Assembly: GCA_947501275.1 (NCBI GenBank)
Contig: CANMVD010000009.1
Location: 9,925 to 73,924 of the forward strand
Length of the DNA: 64,000 bases
Reading direction: 5' to 3'
From: an uncultured Tateyamaria sp.
GTDB lineage: Bacteria > Pseudomonadota > Alphaproteobacteria > Rhodobacterales > Rhodobacteraceae
Shown: positions 48,263 through 57,759 of the stretch, one piece after another
Position numbering within the stretch: position 1 is the first letter of the stretch
How the letters are laid out: each line of letters opens with the position of its first letter
Translations under genes and position numbers: made by a program
The notes under the pieces: model-generated
What the model was told of the DNA's origin: nothing
Databases searched by the model: none
What the model saw: only the letters and a program-made list of their open reading frames with translations

Positions 48263-49230
48263 TTTAAAGTGTCCAATGCGCGTGCGAAGATATTAGGGTC
48301 CACGTTGCCGCCGGATATTGTGACAACGACGTGCTCTCCCTCTATTTGGTCCTGACGACACAATGCGGCAGCAAGTGCCACGGCGCCGCCCGGTTCCGCC
48401 ACGACCTTCAGGCGCAGAAAGGCTTGCGCCACAGCCCGCAGCGCTTCGTCTTCGGTGACGGTCAAACCACTGCCACACAGCCTTTTAATGATGGGAAAGG
48501 TGATGTCGCCGGGTTGCGGCGTCAGGATCGCGTCGCAAATGTTGCCGGACGTTGCGTTGTTGCGTTCAATACCACCTGAGCGCAAGGAGCGCGTCATGTC
48601 GTCAAAACCTTCGGGTTCAACAGGACGCACCCGCAATCCCGGCGCTTCGGCCTCCAGAGCAAGTGCGATACCCGATGTCAGCCCGCCACCACCACAGCAC
48701 ACCAGCACGTCAGCTTCTTCGACCCCGACCTCAACGGCTTGTGTTGCGATCTCAAGCCCCGTCGTGCCTTGGCCGGCAATGACGAGCGGCTCATCATAGG
48801 GGCGGATCAGGGTGAGGCCGCGCGTCTTGGCAAGCTGGGCACCAATGTCTTCACGGCTTTCGGTGGCGCGGTCATACAGCACGACCTCGGCACCAAGCGC
48901 CTTGGTGTTGTCGATTTTGAGAATAGGGGCATCGCTTGGCATCACAATGACCGACGGCACCCCGTGCTGTGTTGCGGCATGCGCGACGCCCTGTGCATGA
49001 TTGCCGCTGGAAAAGGCGATGACGCCGCGCGCGCAGACATCACGGTCCAACGCGGAAATTGCAGACCACGCTCCGCGAAATTTGAAGCTGCCGGTGTGCT
49101 GCAAGCATTCTGGCTTGATCCACACCCGACGCCCGGCGACCTCATCCAGAAAGGGTGAGTTCAATAGTGGTGTGCGCCGGGCACGGCCTTTGAGCCGCTG
49201 CGCGGCCGCGCGGATCATATCGATGTTCAT
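48259..49230 (-). CDS. Threonine/serine dehydratase family (PLP) protein
   Basis: Start reassigned to ATG 49230; TGSFKFRGA, SSGNHAQ, GGGGL, EPGGA, SGGN. Confidence 0.92.
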   Translation of the reverse strand: MNIDMIRAAAQRLKGRARRTPLLNSPFLDEVAGRRVWIKPECLQHTGSFKFRGAWSAISALDRDVCARGVIAFSSGNHAQGVAHAATQHGVPSVIVMPSDAPILKIDNTKALGAEVVLYDRATESREDIGAQLAKTRGLTLIRPYDEPLVIAGQGTTGLEIATQAVEVGVEEADVLVCCGGGGLTSGIALALEAEAPGLRVRPVEPEGFDDMTRSLRSGGIERNNATSGNICDAILTPQPGDITFPIIKRLCGSGLTVTEDEALRAVAQAFLRLKVVAEPGGAVALAAALCRQDQIEGEHVVVTISGGNVDPNIFARALDTLK

Positions 49231-50045
49231 TGCATTGCCTTTATCCAGGAATTCAGGGCGGCCAAGGCTTCGGGTTCGTCCAGAAACGGTACATGCCCCC
49301 GGTCCGGAACCTCTGCATAGATCATATCGGGGCGGCGCTCCTGCATTTTCCGGGCTGTCGCTGCGGTCAGCAAGTCGGATCCTGCACCGCGGATCAGGCA
49401 GAGGGGTTTGTGTGCAAAGCCGTTCAGCAAGGGCCATAGGTCAGGGACAGATCCGCCCGCTGCTACAGCGTCGCGCAATTTGGGATCGTAGGTGATGCTG
49501 AGGCCCGTGTCGGTCTGTTTGAAATGTGTGCGCGCTTCGTTCAACCACCGCTCCGGTGTGACGTTGTCAAAGCCCTGCAAGACGTGGGCGAGGGCCGCGG
49601 CAGCCTCTTCATGTGTTTGGGCCAGCGGGTTGATCCCAAGATAGGCCACGATGGTGGACAGGGCAGCTGTGTTGATCTCAAAACCGATGTCGTTAAGCGC
49701 CGCTCCGAGCAGGCGATCGGGGGTTGCCGCCGCCATGGCCATGGCCACCAGTCCGCCCCGCGACGTGCCAAGGACAGCCGTGGCGCTGATAGACAGATGA
49801 TCCAGCAATTCCATGACGTCCCGTGTTTCGACCGGCACACTGTAACGCGCCCACTGCGGGTCCCAATCAGATTGGCCGCGTCCGCGATAGTCCATCGTGA
49901 TGATCCGCGCGTTCGGTAGATGGGGGATCACGTACTGAAAATCCGCCCCCGTGCGGGTCAGACCTGCAAGGCACAATATGGGTAGACCGTCGCCTTGGTC
50001 GGTATAGTACAGCGACAGCCCGTCAGAAGTGGAGAACTTTGGCAT
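49227..50045 (-). CDS. Alpha/beta fold hydrolase
   Basis: DYRGRGQS, GTSRGG nucleophile elbow, GHVP. Confidence 0.9.
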   Translation of the reverse strand: MPKFSTSDGLSLYYTDQGDGLPILCLAGLTRTGADFQYVIPHLPNARIITMDYRGRGQSDWDPQWARYSVPVETRDVMELLDHLSISATAVLGTSRGGLVAMAMAAATPDRLLGAALNDIGFEINTAALSTIVAYLGINPLAQTHEEAAAALAHVLQGFDNVTPERWLNEARTHFKQTDTGLSITYDPKLRDAVAAGGSVPDLWPLLNGFAHKPLCLIRGAGSDLLTAATARKMQERRPDMIYAEVPDRGHVPFLDEPEALAALNSWIKAMQ

Positions 50046-50057
50046 CAGATCCCGACC

Positions 50058-50744
50058 TCAGAGTCCGGCCAGCGAGGGGATGCCCGTCAGATCATGCATC
50101 GTGTGGGCCGGCACCCAAGGCAAGCGGTCCACAGGTTCGCCTGCGCGGTTGACCCATGCGGTTGTGAACCCATACCCCGTGGCCGCAGCGGCATCCCATC
50201 CGTTGGACGACACAAACAGCACCTCGTCCTTGGCGCAGCCAAACCGCTGCCCCACAAGATCATAGACCCGCGCGTCAGGTTTGAAGATCCCTACGCTTTG
50301 CACAGACAGGCTGTCGTCGAGCACATCACCGATCCCGGCAGAGTCGACCGCACCTGCCAGCATATCGGGGGAGCCGTTGGACAGAATGGCAGTGTTGAGC
50401 CCGGCATCCTTGAGCGCGCGCAACATGGCCGGTACTTCCGGGTAGGCCTGCAATTCCCAATAAAGCGCCAAAAGCCGTTCCCGTAGGGCAGGGTTGTTGC
50501 TCTGTCCTGCCTTTTCGAGTGCCCAATCCAACCCGTTTTGGGTCACTTGCCAGAAATCGGTATGCGCGCCGGTCACAGCGCGCAGCCAGGAATACTGCAA
50601 CTGTTTTAGCCGCCAGTGTTCTGCAAGTATCGGCCAGGTGTCTTTGATTGCTGCAAAGTCCGGTTCGGATGCTGCCTGTCGCGCTGCTGCAGCCACATCA
50701 AAAAGTGTGCCATAGGCATCGAAAATACAGGTGGTGATGGGCAT
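50058..50744 (-). CDS. Haloacid dehalogenase type II (HAD superfamily)
   Basis: FDAYGTLFD, WRLKQLQYSW, LSNG, FKPD, VSSNGWD. Confidence 0.92.
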   Translation of the reverse strand: MPITTCIFDAYGTLFDVAAAARQAASEPDFAAIKDTWPILAEHWRLKQLQYSWLRAVTGAHTDFWQVTQNGLDWALEKAGQSNNPALRERLLALYWELQAYPEVPAMLRALKDAGLNTAILSNGSPDMLAGAVDSAGIGDVLDDSLSVQSVGIFKPDARVYDLVGQRFGCAKDEVLFVSSNGWDAAAATGYGFTTAWVNRAGEPVDRLPWVPAHTMHDLTGIPSLAGL

Positions 50745-50875
50745 ATGTCTCTCCCTTTTTGGGAGAGAGTGGCACGCAGACGCCGCAGCGAAAAGGGGGC
50801 AGGTGGGGTTTACCCGCTTTGCGTGGGTGTGCAGTGTGACGTGGCGCCGAAGATCGCGGCGCGAAACATGGAAAG

Positions 50876-51319
50876 ATGACTGATATGAGCGTGATCAAAG
50901 ACGGCGACACCGTACGGATCCACTATACCGGAACTTTGCTGGATGGCAGTGTCTTTGACAGCTCAGACGGGCGCGACCCACTGGAATTTGTGGTTGGATC
51001 CGGTCAGATCATCCCGGGTCTCGATGCCGCGATGGCCGGCATGGCGCAGGGAGAGAAGAAATCTGTGCCCGTACCATGTGCCGATGCCTATGGACCGATC
51101 AACCCGGCCATGCGTCAAGGTGTTCCACGCGAGGCGATCCCGGCCGATATACCGCTGGAAGTGGGATTGCAGTTGCAAATGCAGACCCCGGAAGGCCACC
51201 CGATGCAGGTAATGGTTGTGGAGGTTGGTGAAGAGGAAGTGATGCTGGATGCCAATCACCCGCTGGCGGGCAAAGATCTGACGTTTGACATTGAAGTGGT
51301 ATCGTTTGATCCGAGCTGA
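50876..51319 (+). CDS. FKBP-type peptidyl-prolyl isomerase (SlyD-like, no His-rich tail)
   Basis: HYTGTL.DG.VFDSS, GSGQIIPG, DANHPLAGKDLTF. Confidence 0.92.
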   Translation: MTDMSVIKDGDTVRIHYTGTLLDGSVFDSSDGRDPLEFVVGSGQIIPGLDAAMAGMAQGEKKSVPVPCADAYGPINPAMRQGVPREAIPADIPLEVGLQLQMQTPEGHPMQVMVVEVGEEEVMLDANHPLAGKDLTFDIEVVSFDPS

Positions 51320-51378
51320 CGCCTGGTCGGACGCTGTTTGGCTGCGCCAAATGCGCCCCGCCCGCCGTCCCTTGCGCG

Positions 51379-51771
51379 CTAACCGCCCGGGTTCAGACGT
51401 CTGAGTTTTGCACTAACCGCATCGGCTTGTGTCTGGGTGTCGTGGCTCGGGGCCTTTGCTCCATTGCCGGGCAGGCTTCCGCCCCGTCGCACGGGGACGG
51501 TGCTGGTTGGCATTTTGCGCACCGCCTTGTCTGCAGGCTGTCCCAGGAGTGTGGTTTCGTTTTGCGCCTTGTCTGGTGTGTTCAGGTACACCACGATATT
51601 CGAGACCGCTTCGGGATGTGTGCGCAGCAACAGCATCAACCCGACGCCTGTCAGCGAAAACAACAGCCGCGATAGCCACTTGGACCGCTTGGTGCGGGCG
51701 GCCCGTCGTTCCAGTCGCCGCTCAAGGCGTTGCGCTTTGTACAGCGCGTCAGTGTCTGCAACTTGCTCCAT
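51379..51771 (-). CDS. Hypothetical single-TM protein
   Basis: ATG 51771; basic N-terminus, one hydrophobic helix, low-complexity tail. Confidence 0.55.
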   Translation of the reverse strand: MEQVADTDALYKAQRLERRLERRAARTKRSKWLSRLLFSLTGVGLMLLLRTHPEAVSNIVVYLNTPDKAQNETTLLGQPADKAVRKMPTSTVPVRRGGSLPGNGAKAPSHDTQTQADAVSAKLRRLNPGG

Positions 51772-51809
51772 AGCCGCGATATAGCGGCGCAGGATGGCAA
51801 TTGTTGGAC

Positions 51810-52601
51810 CTAGAGGTGATCGGGTTGCGGCATTCCAAGCACGTGATAGCCACCATCCACGCGCACAACTTCGCCCGTTGTGCACGCCCCGGCATCCGAG
51901 CACAGATAGACGGCGGTGCCGCCCACAGCCTCGAGCGTGGCATTGTTGCGCATTGGTGCGTTTTCTTGCGTGTGTTTGAACGTCTTGCGAGCGCCGCCTA
52001 TGGCAGCACCTGCAAGCGTCTTCATTGGCCCGGGTGAGATCGCGTTGACGCGAATCCCTTCGGGACCAAGGTCATTCGCAAGATAGCGTGTGGCGGATTC
52101 CAGTGCCGCCTTGGCCACGCCCATCACGTTGTAGTTTGGCACAACGCGGTTGGATCCCTGATAGGTCATGGTCAGCAAGGTTCCACCGTTTTCGAGCATC
52201 ATTGGATGCGCGCGGCGGGCACATTCGATGAAGGAATAGACAGATATATCCATCGAATTCTTGAAGTTCGCGCGTGTTGTGTTCAGGAAACGGCCGGTCA
52301 GTTCGGACTTGTCCGAATAGGCCACCGCATGAACCAGAAAATCGATGGTGGGCCAGCGCGCCGCCAATGCCTCAAACCCTGCATCCAGCGAGGTATCGTC
52401 GGTAACGTCCATGTCCACCATGAAATCGGACCCGACGCTCTCGGCCAGAGGCGCCAGCCGTTTGCCGAACGCTTCTCCTTGGTAAGAGAAAGCCAGTTCA
52501 GCGCCCGCATCTGCCATCGCCCTGGCAATGCCCCACGCGATCGAGCGGTCGTTGGCAACCCCCATAACGAGGCCCCGTTTTCCTTTGAGCAAGTCAGACA
52601 T
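51810..52601 (-). CDS. fabI: Enoyl-ACP reductase
   Basis: GVANDRSIAWG, YNVMGVAKAALE, GPMKTLA. Confidence 0.95.
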   Translation of the reverse strand: MSDLLKGKRGLVMGVANDRSIAWGIARAMADAGAELAFSYQGEAFGKRLAPLAESVGSDFMVDMDVTDDTSLDAGFEALAARWPTIDFLVHAVAYSDKSELTGRFLNTTRANFKNSMDISVYSFIECARRAHPMMLENGGTLLTMTYQGSNRVVPNYNVMGVAKAALESATRYLANDLGPEGIRVNAISPGPMKTLAGAAIGGARKTFKHTQENAPMRNNATLEAVGGTAVYLCSDAGACTTGEVVRVDGGYHVLGMPQPDHL

Positions 52602-52609
52602 CTTCTACT

Positions 52610-53839
52610 TTATCCCAGATATTTCGACAGGATCATGGATCCGTTGGTGCCACCAAAGCCGAATGAATTGGTCATCACGCTGTCCAGACCTGCATTTGGC
52701 ACGTATTGCGTCGCGATCTCATCGGCGTTGAAATCGGGATCAAGCGTGTCGACGTTTATCGATGGCGTGATAAAATCATGCTCCAGCATCAACAGACAGA
52801 ACACGGCCTCGAGCGCGCCGGCGGCCCCTTGCGCGTGGCCTGTCATGGATTTGGTCGAACTGACGGGAGGTTGTGTGCGTCCCTCAAAGGCGCGGCGAAC
52901 GGCAGCGATTTCCGGCGCGTCGCCTGCGGGCGTGGACGTACCGTGCGCATTGATATAGCCGACGCTGCGTCCGCTTGGCAGCGTGTCGAGCGCCAGTTTC
53001 ATTGCCAGCTCTGCCCCTTCGCCAGAAGGTGCCACCATGTCGTGCCCATCCGATGTGGCGGCATAGCCAGTGACCTCGGCGTAGATTTTTGCGCCACGGG
53101 CTTTGGCGCGTTCCAGCTCTTCGAGCACCAGAATGCCGCCACCGCCAGAAATTACAAATCCGTCACGATCCGCGTCAAACGCACGGCTCGCCTTGTCGGG
53201 CGTGTCATTGTATTTCGATGACATCGCGCCCATCGCGTCAAAGAGGCACGACAGCGTCCAGTCCAGTTCTTCGGCGCCACCTGCAAACATAACGTCCTGT
53301 TTGCCCAGCATGATCTGCTCGGCGGCATTGCCGATGCAGTGCAGCGATGTCGAACAGGCTGACGTGATGGAATAATTGATCCCCTTGATCTTGTAAGCCG
53401 TCGCCAGATTGGCTGAGATCGTGGAGGACATGCACTTTGGCACGGCAAAGGGCCCGATGCGTTTGGTGGCTTCGGTTTTGAGCACCGTTTGATGTGCCGT
53501 CAACATGGCCGACGTCGAAGGGCCACCCGACCCGGCCACAAGACCGGTGCGTGGATTGACGATATCTGCGTCTTCAAGACCGGAATCGGCAATGGCCTGA
53601 GCCATGGCGATATGCGCATAAGCCGCACCCGGTCCCATGAAGCGCAGCGTGCGCTTGTCCACATGTGCTGCGGTGTCGATATTGATCGTACCCGCGATCT
53701 GGCTGCGAAACCCGTGCTCGGCCATCTCGGGGCTCGCTTCGATACCTGAGCGCCCAGCCTTGAGACTGGCAAGCACTTCTTCGGTGTTGTTCCCGATGGA
53801 TGAGACAATGCCCATCCCTGTCACGACGACTCTTCTCAT
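52610..53839 (-). CDS. fabB: Beta-ketoacyl-ACP synthase I
   Basis: SITSACSTS, AHGTST, KSMTGH, NSFGFGG. Confidence 0.95.
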   Translation of the reverse strand: MRRVVVTGMGIVSSIGNNTEEVLASLKAGRSGIEASPEMAEHGFRSQIAGTINIDTAAHVDKRTLRFMGPGAAYAHIAMAQAIADSGLEDADIVNPRTGLVAGSGGPSTSAMLTAHQTVLKTEATKRIGPFAVPKCMSSTISANLATAYKIKGINYSITSACSTSLHCIGNAAEQIMLGKQDVMFAGGAEELDWTLSCLFDAMGAMSSKYNDTPDKASRAFDADRDGFVISGGGGILVLEELERAKARGAKIYAEVTGYAATSDGHDMVAPSGEGAELAMKLALDTLPSGRSVGYINAHGTSTPAGDAPEIAAVRRAFEGRTQPPVSSTKSMTGHAQGAAGALEAVFCLLMLEHDFITPSINVDTLDPDFNADEIATQYVPNAGLDSVMTNSFGFGGTNGSMILSKYLG

Positions 53840-53903
53840 CCGCAAACCTCTGGTTTGACCCTACGCATGGCGGTTGATCCTTCACGGTCTCTGGTTGGCT
53901 CCC

Positions 53904-53932
53904 ATGTAGGACAGCGGGGCAGGGGCGTGCAA
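53904..53932 (-). promoter_or_regulatory. Candidate sigma70 promoter for fabB-fabI
   Basis: Minus strand TTGCAC-N17-CTACAT upstream of fabB. Confidence 0.5.
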
Positions 53933-53968
53933 GGAGGTAAGACCGCGGCGTCTTTCAAGGGACACGCG

Positions 53969-54784
53969 CTATGTCGCGTCATGGGTCGTCAAAAACTGCG
54001 AGATGACTTGTGTGACTTCGTTTGGCATTTCCAGCGGACTTGTGTGACCGGCCTTTGGAATGATGTTGAGGTTGGCACCTTTGATTGCCTCTTGGGTTGC
54101 GCGGGAGGCGGCCACCGGTGTTGCAATGTCTTCTTCACCGACAATGATTTGCGTTGGCGGTGGAGTATCGAGTGCGGCAAGGCTGTCCAATACCGAGTCG
54201 CGCGTGAAAATGGCTTTGCCAAAGCGGTAAACAGACTTTCTGTCGAGCTTCGAAAGGTACTGCCGCCAGATCGCAACATCCGCGTGTCGTGCCGGGTCAC
54301 TCAGGAAGTGTTTTGCCATCAGGATGGGCATCACCTTTCCCAATAGCGGGCGCGTTCCAATCCACCGGACCGCAAACAGCAACTGATTGTACTGCTTCAA
54401 CTTTGCCGGCTCTTCTGCGTCTGCAGCCGTGTCGATAAGGGTCAGAGTTCTGATCAGGTCCGGTGTGCGCAGTGCAAGGCGCATGCCAACGAAACCGCCC
54501 GTGGACATCCCGGCAAAATGCACGGGCTGCTCGCACAGCTCCCGGATCAACGCGGCTGCATCATCCACCAGGTCGTATATTCCAAACCGTGCATGGCAGG
54601 TTGCGCTTTGACCGTGGCCCCGGTGATCAAAGGCGATGACGCGGTACCGTGTGCTCAGGGCCTTGATCTGGTGATCAAACATGTGGTGGTTCATCAGGAA
54701 ACCGTGCGAAAACACGATCGTTTCCGGACCTGAACCTGTAACGGAGTAGAAAAGGCGCGTCCCGTTTGCGTCGATATATGGCAC
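53969..54784 (-). CDS. Alpha/beta hydrolase inserted between fabA and fabB
   Basis: GTG 54784 after GGGAGA; HGF, DHRGHGQS, GMSTGG, GEED, GHTSP. Confidence 0.88.
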   Translation of the reverse strand: MPYIDANGTRLFYSVTGSGPETIVFSHGFLMNHHMFDHQIKALSTRYRVIAFDHRGHGQSATCHARFGIYDLVDDAAALIRELCEQPVHFAGMSTGGFVGMRLALRTPDLIRTLTLIDTAADAEEPAKLKQYNQLLFAVRWIGTRPLLGKVMPILMAKHFLSDPARHADVAIWRQYLSKLDRKSVYRFGKAIFTRDSVLDSLAALDTPPPTQIIVGEEDIATPVAASRATQEAIKGANLNIIPKAGHTSPLEMPNEVTQVISQFLTTHDAT

Positions 54785-54856
54785 GGTTGCTCTCCCTTTG
54801 GATGGCAGGGTCACCAAAAAACAAGCATCGGGCAAGCGAATTGTCGGGCTGTGGTC

Positions 54857-55366
54857 TCAGCTTTCGCTGAGTGCGACCTTCATGTCTTTGACTTCGTAAA
54901 TCACTTCGCCGTCCGCTTCGACGATGCCATCTGCTACGCCCATGGTCAGGCGGCGGGTCTGAATGGCCTTGGTGAAATCAATTTTATAGGTCAGCATTTT
55001 GCGATCTGGGCGCACCATGCCTTTGAGTTTGACCTCACCCACCCCAAGCGCATAGCCGCGACCCTGCCAGCCACGCCAGCCAAGGTTGAAGCCAGTCAAC
55101 TGCCACAGACCATCAAGGCCCAGACATCCGGGCATGATCGGGTTGCCGGGGAAATGGCAGTCAAAGAACCACAGGTCGGGGGTGATATCGAACTCTGCCA
55201 GTACATGCCCCTTGCCGTGCGCGCCACCATCCCCGGAAATGCCGGTGATGCGGTCCATCATCAGCATCGGTGGCTCGGGCAGCTGCGCGTTGCCGGGCCC
55301 AAACAGTTCGCCACGGGCGCATTTCAGCAGGTCGTCTTTGTCAAAATGCGTAGGGAAATCTGCCAT
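54857..55366 (-). CDS. fabA: 3-hydroxydecanoyl-ACP dehydratase/isomerase
   Basis: [34 protein letters not shown]. Confidence 0.96.
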   Translation of the reverse strand: MADFPTHFDKDDLLKCARGELFGPGNAQLPEPPMLMMDRITGISGDGGAHGKGHVLAEFDITPDLWFFDCHFPGNPIMPGCLGLDGLWQLTGFNLGWRGWQGRGYALGVGEVKLKGMVRPDRKMLTYKIDFTKAIQTRRLTMGVADGIVEADGEVIYEVKDMKVALSES

Positions 55367-55496
55367 TTCGGCCTCTTATATATAGCGCAAGGGGGGCCGA
55401 AGCCTGGTTAAAGTCCGTCTATCATCGCTGTGTGCGCGGGCGCAAGGGCAGGGCCGTCGCTTGCATCACCTATGAATTTGAGGTCAGGCTAACGCC

Positions 55497-56282
55497 ATGA
55501 AAAACATACTCGACCTCGACCGCTATCCCCTCGATCAACCAGACACGCCAGCCTATGCCGACATGGTGGCTGCGGCGCGCGCGGGATTGGCCGAGGAAGG
55601 GCTGTTCAATTTGGTTGGCCTCATGCGGCCGGGTGCTTTGGCAGAACTGCTTGAGCACATTCACCCGCGTATGGCCACGGAATCGTTCCACCATAGCCGC
55701 TGGCACAACATTTACTTTCAGGACGACGTGGATGGGCTTGCGCTGGATGATCCCGCCCTGAAGAAAGTGGAAACCGCCAACCATACATTGTGCCACGATC
55801 AATTGCGCGGCACTGCGCTGGATCAACTTTACAATTGGCCGCCCTTCATTCGGTTTCTGGAGGCCGTGACCGATCAACCGGAACTTCATGTCATGGATGA
55901 CGCGCTGGCAGGGATCAACGTCTTGGAATATCGGCCCGGAGAAGCCTTGAACTGGCACTTTGATCGCTCGGTCTTCACCACAACGCTTTTGTTGCAGGAA
56001 GCCACGGAAGGTGGGGCATTCGAGTACGCACAGGATTTGCGCAGTGCCGATGATCCCAACCATGCAGGCATTGCGGCCCTGTTGGAGGGCAAGATCGAAC
56101 CCAAGGTGTTGCAGCAAACTGCGGGCACGCTCAACGTGTTTCTGGGGGTGAATACGGCCCACAGAGTGTCACCTGTCGCAGGAGACACAGCGCGCATCGT
56201 TGCCGTTCTGTCGCATTACCCCGACGCGGGGCGTCAATTTACAGCCAAGGAACAAATGGGTTTTTTTGGACGGGTCGCCTGA
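55497..56282 (+). CDS. Fe(II)/2-oxoglutarate-dependent oxygenase
   Basis: LDLDRYP start, WHFD (HxD), GGAFEY, AHRVSPV...R. Confidence 0.82.
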   Translation: MKNILDLDRYPLDQPDTPAYADMVAAARAGLAEEGLFNLVGLMRPGALAELLEHIHPRMATESFHHSRWHNIYFQDDVDGLALDDPALKKVETANHTLCHDQLRGTALDQLYNWPPFIRFLEAVTDQPELHVMDDALAGINVLEYRPGEALNWHFDRSVFTTTLLLQEATEGGAFEYAQDLRSADDPNHAGIAALLEGKIEPKVLQQTAGTLNVFLGVNTAHRVSPVAGDTARIVAVLSHYPDAGRQFTAKEQMGFFGRVA

Positions 56283-56314
56283 TTTTGCAGCGCGGGGATG
56301 CGACTGATTTGCAA

Positions 56315-56343
56315 TTGAAATCTGCGAGAAAGCGCCTTTATAT
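56315..56343 (+). promoter_or_regulatory. Candidate sigma70 promoter of irr
   Basis: TTGAAA-N17-TTATAT ending 6 nt before the ATG at 56350. Confidence 0.5.
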
Positions 56344-56349
56344 AGGACC

Positions 56350-56787
56350 ATGACACAAAACACTTCGATCAACAGCGAGCATCACGTCGTGGGCAGCAAA
56401 TGGCTGGCGACAGCAGGCCTGCGCCCCACGCGTCAACGTGTGACACTGGCAGCTTTGCTGGTCGGTGATGGGCAAAATCGCCATGTGACAGCCGAAAGCC
56501 TGTTTGACGCTGCAAAGGCGGATGGCGAGGCGGTTTCACTGGCTACAGTCTACAATACGCTGCGTGCATTCTGCGATGCCGGTTTGATGCAGGAAGTGAC
56601 GGTCGATGGCTCCAAGAGCTACTTTGACACCAACGTCCACGACCACCCCCACTTCTTTTGGGAAGACGAGGCACGGTTGACGGATGCGCCTTCGGATCAG
56701 TTGGTGATTGCACAGCTTCCAGATGCTCCCGAAGGCGCCGAAATCGCGTCTGTCGATGTGGTGATCCGGCTGCGCCGCAAGGCCTGA
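56350..56787 (+). CDS. irrA: Fur-family iron response regulator Irr
   Basis: GLRPTRQR, RHVTAE, SLATVYNTL, YFDTN..DHPHFF; beside fabA as is usual in Rhodobacterales. Confidence 0.9.
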   Translation: MTQNTSINSEHHVVGSKWLATAGLRPTRQRVTLAALLVGDGQNRHVTAESLFDAAKADGEAVSLATVYNTLRAFCDAGLMQEVTVDGSKSYFDTNVHDHPHFFWEDEARLTDAPSDQLVIAQLPDAPEGAEIASVDVVIRLRRKA

Positions 56788-57563
56788 TGACTTCGGTCAC
56801 ACCAGAGGACGTTGAAGCCTATCAGTCTAACGGCGTCGTTCTGATCCGTGGTCTGTTTGCAGATCATGTCGATGGCTTGCGCGCGGGTGTGGCGCGCAAC
56901 ATGTCCGATCCCGGTCCTTATGCGTCGACAAATGACAAGGCTGGCGAGACGGGACTGTTTTTTGACGATTACTGCAATTGGCAACGGATACCGGAATTCG
57001 AAACAGCCATCCTCGGCTCGGATGTGTCAACTGTCGCGCGGACCTTGATGCAATCGGAACAGGTGCAGGTTTTCCATGATCACGTATTGGTCAAGGAGCC
57101 CGGAACGTCCATGGCAACCCCGTGGCATCAGGATGCGCCGTATTACTTCGTCGAAGGAACGCAGACGATCAGCTTCTGGTCGCCATTGGACCCGGTTCGA
57201 GATGCGACATTGCGCTGTGTGGCAGGATCACATCTGTGGCCAAAGGACGTTGTGCCAACGCGGTGGGTCAGCGAGGCGGCGTTCTTTGAGGGCGACTATG
57301 TACCGGTGCCGGACCCGGAAGCCGAGGCGATGCGCATTGTGGAATTCGAGATGGAACCGGGCGATGCCGTCGCGTTTCATTTCCGGACGCTGCACGGGGC
57401 GCGGGGCAATCACAGCGACACGCGCCGTCGCGCTTTTTCGCTGCGACTGGTGGGGGACGATGCACGCTTTGTGGAACGCCCCGGACCAACCTCACCGCCA
57501 TTTCCCGGCCATGGGATGATGGCTGGGCAAAAGCTGCGCGATGACTGGTTCCCGCGCCTTTAA
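56787..57563 (+). CDS. Phytanoyl-CoA dioxygenase (PhyH) family Fe/2OG protein
   Basis: TGATG overlap with irr; PWHQD, EPGD..AFH..TLHG, RRAFSLR. Confidence 0.9.
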   Translation: MTSVTPEDVEAYQSNGVVLIRGLFADHVDGLRAGVARNMSDPGPYASTNDKAGETGLFFDDYCNWQRIPEFETAILGSDVSTVARTLMQSEQVQVFHDHVLVKEPGTSMATPWHQDAPYYFVEGTQTISFWSPLDPVRDATLRCVAGSHLWPKDVVPTRWVSEAAFFEGDYVPVPDPEAEAMRIVEFEMEPGDAVAFHFRTLHGARGNHSDTRRRAFSLRLVGDDARFVERPGPTSPPFPGHGMMAGQKLRDDWFPRL

Positions 57564-57759
57564 GGCATTTCTGAATCGCCCTGAAAAGCCGAACGTCACT
57601 TGGTGGTGTGAGGTGGTTGATGCCCTCAGAGTTAGGGCGCCCAGCTTGGTCAAACACTGCCATGGAAACGTGTTTCGCTTGGTTATGGGGATGCTGGCGT
57701 TGCAGATAAACGCCTGAGGCTGAGAGCGCACGAGCCTGCAGGATCAGGTTACCTGTTGA

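Noticed and set aside
55497-56282. BesD/HalD-type halogenase
   Set aside because: The N-terminus resembles that family, but the motif is H-F-D; halogenases have Gly/Ala in place of Asp.
57564-57759. Possible ncRNA or small ORF between convergent genes
   Set aside because: No recognisable RNA family motif, strong stem or RBS-supported ORF; cannot be supported without an Rfam search.
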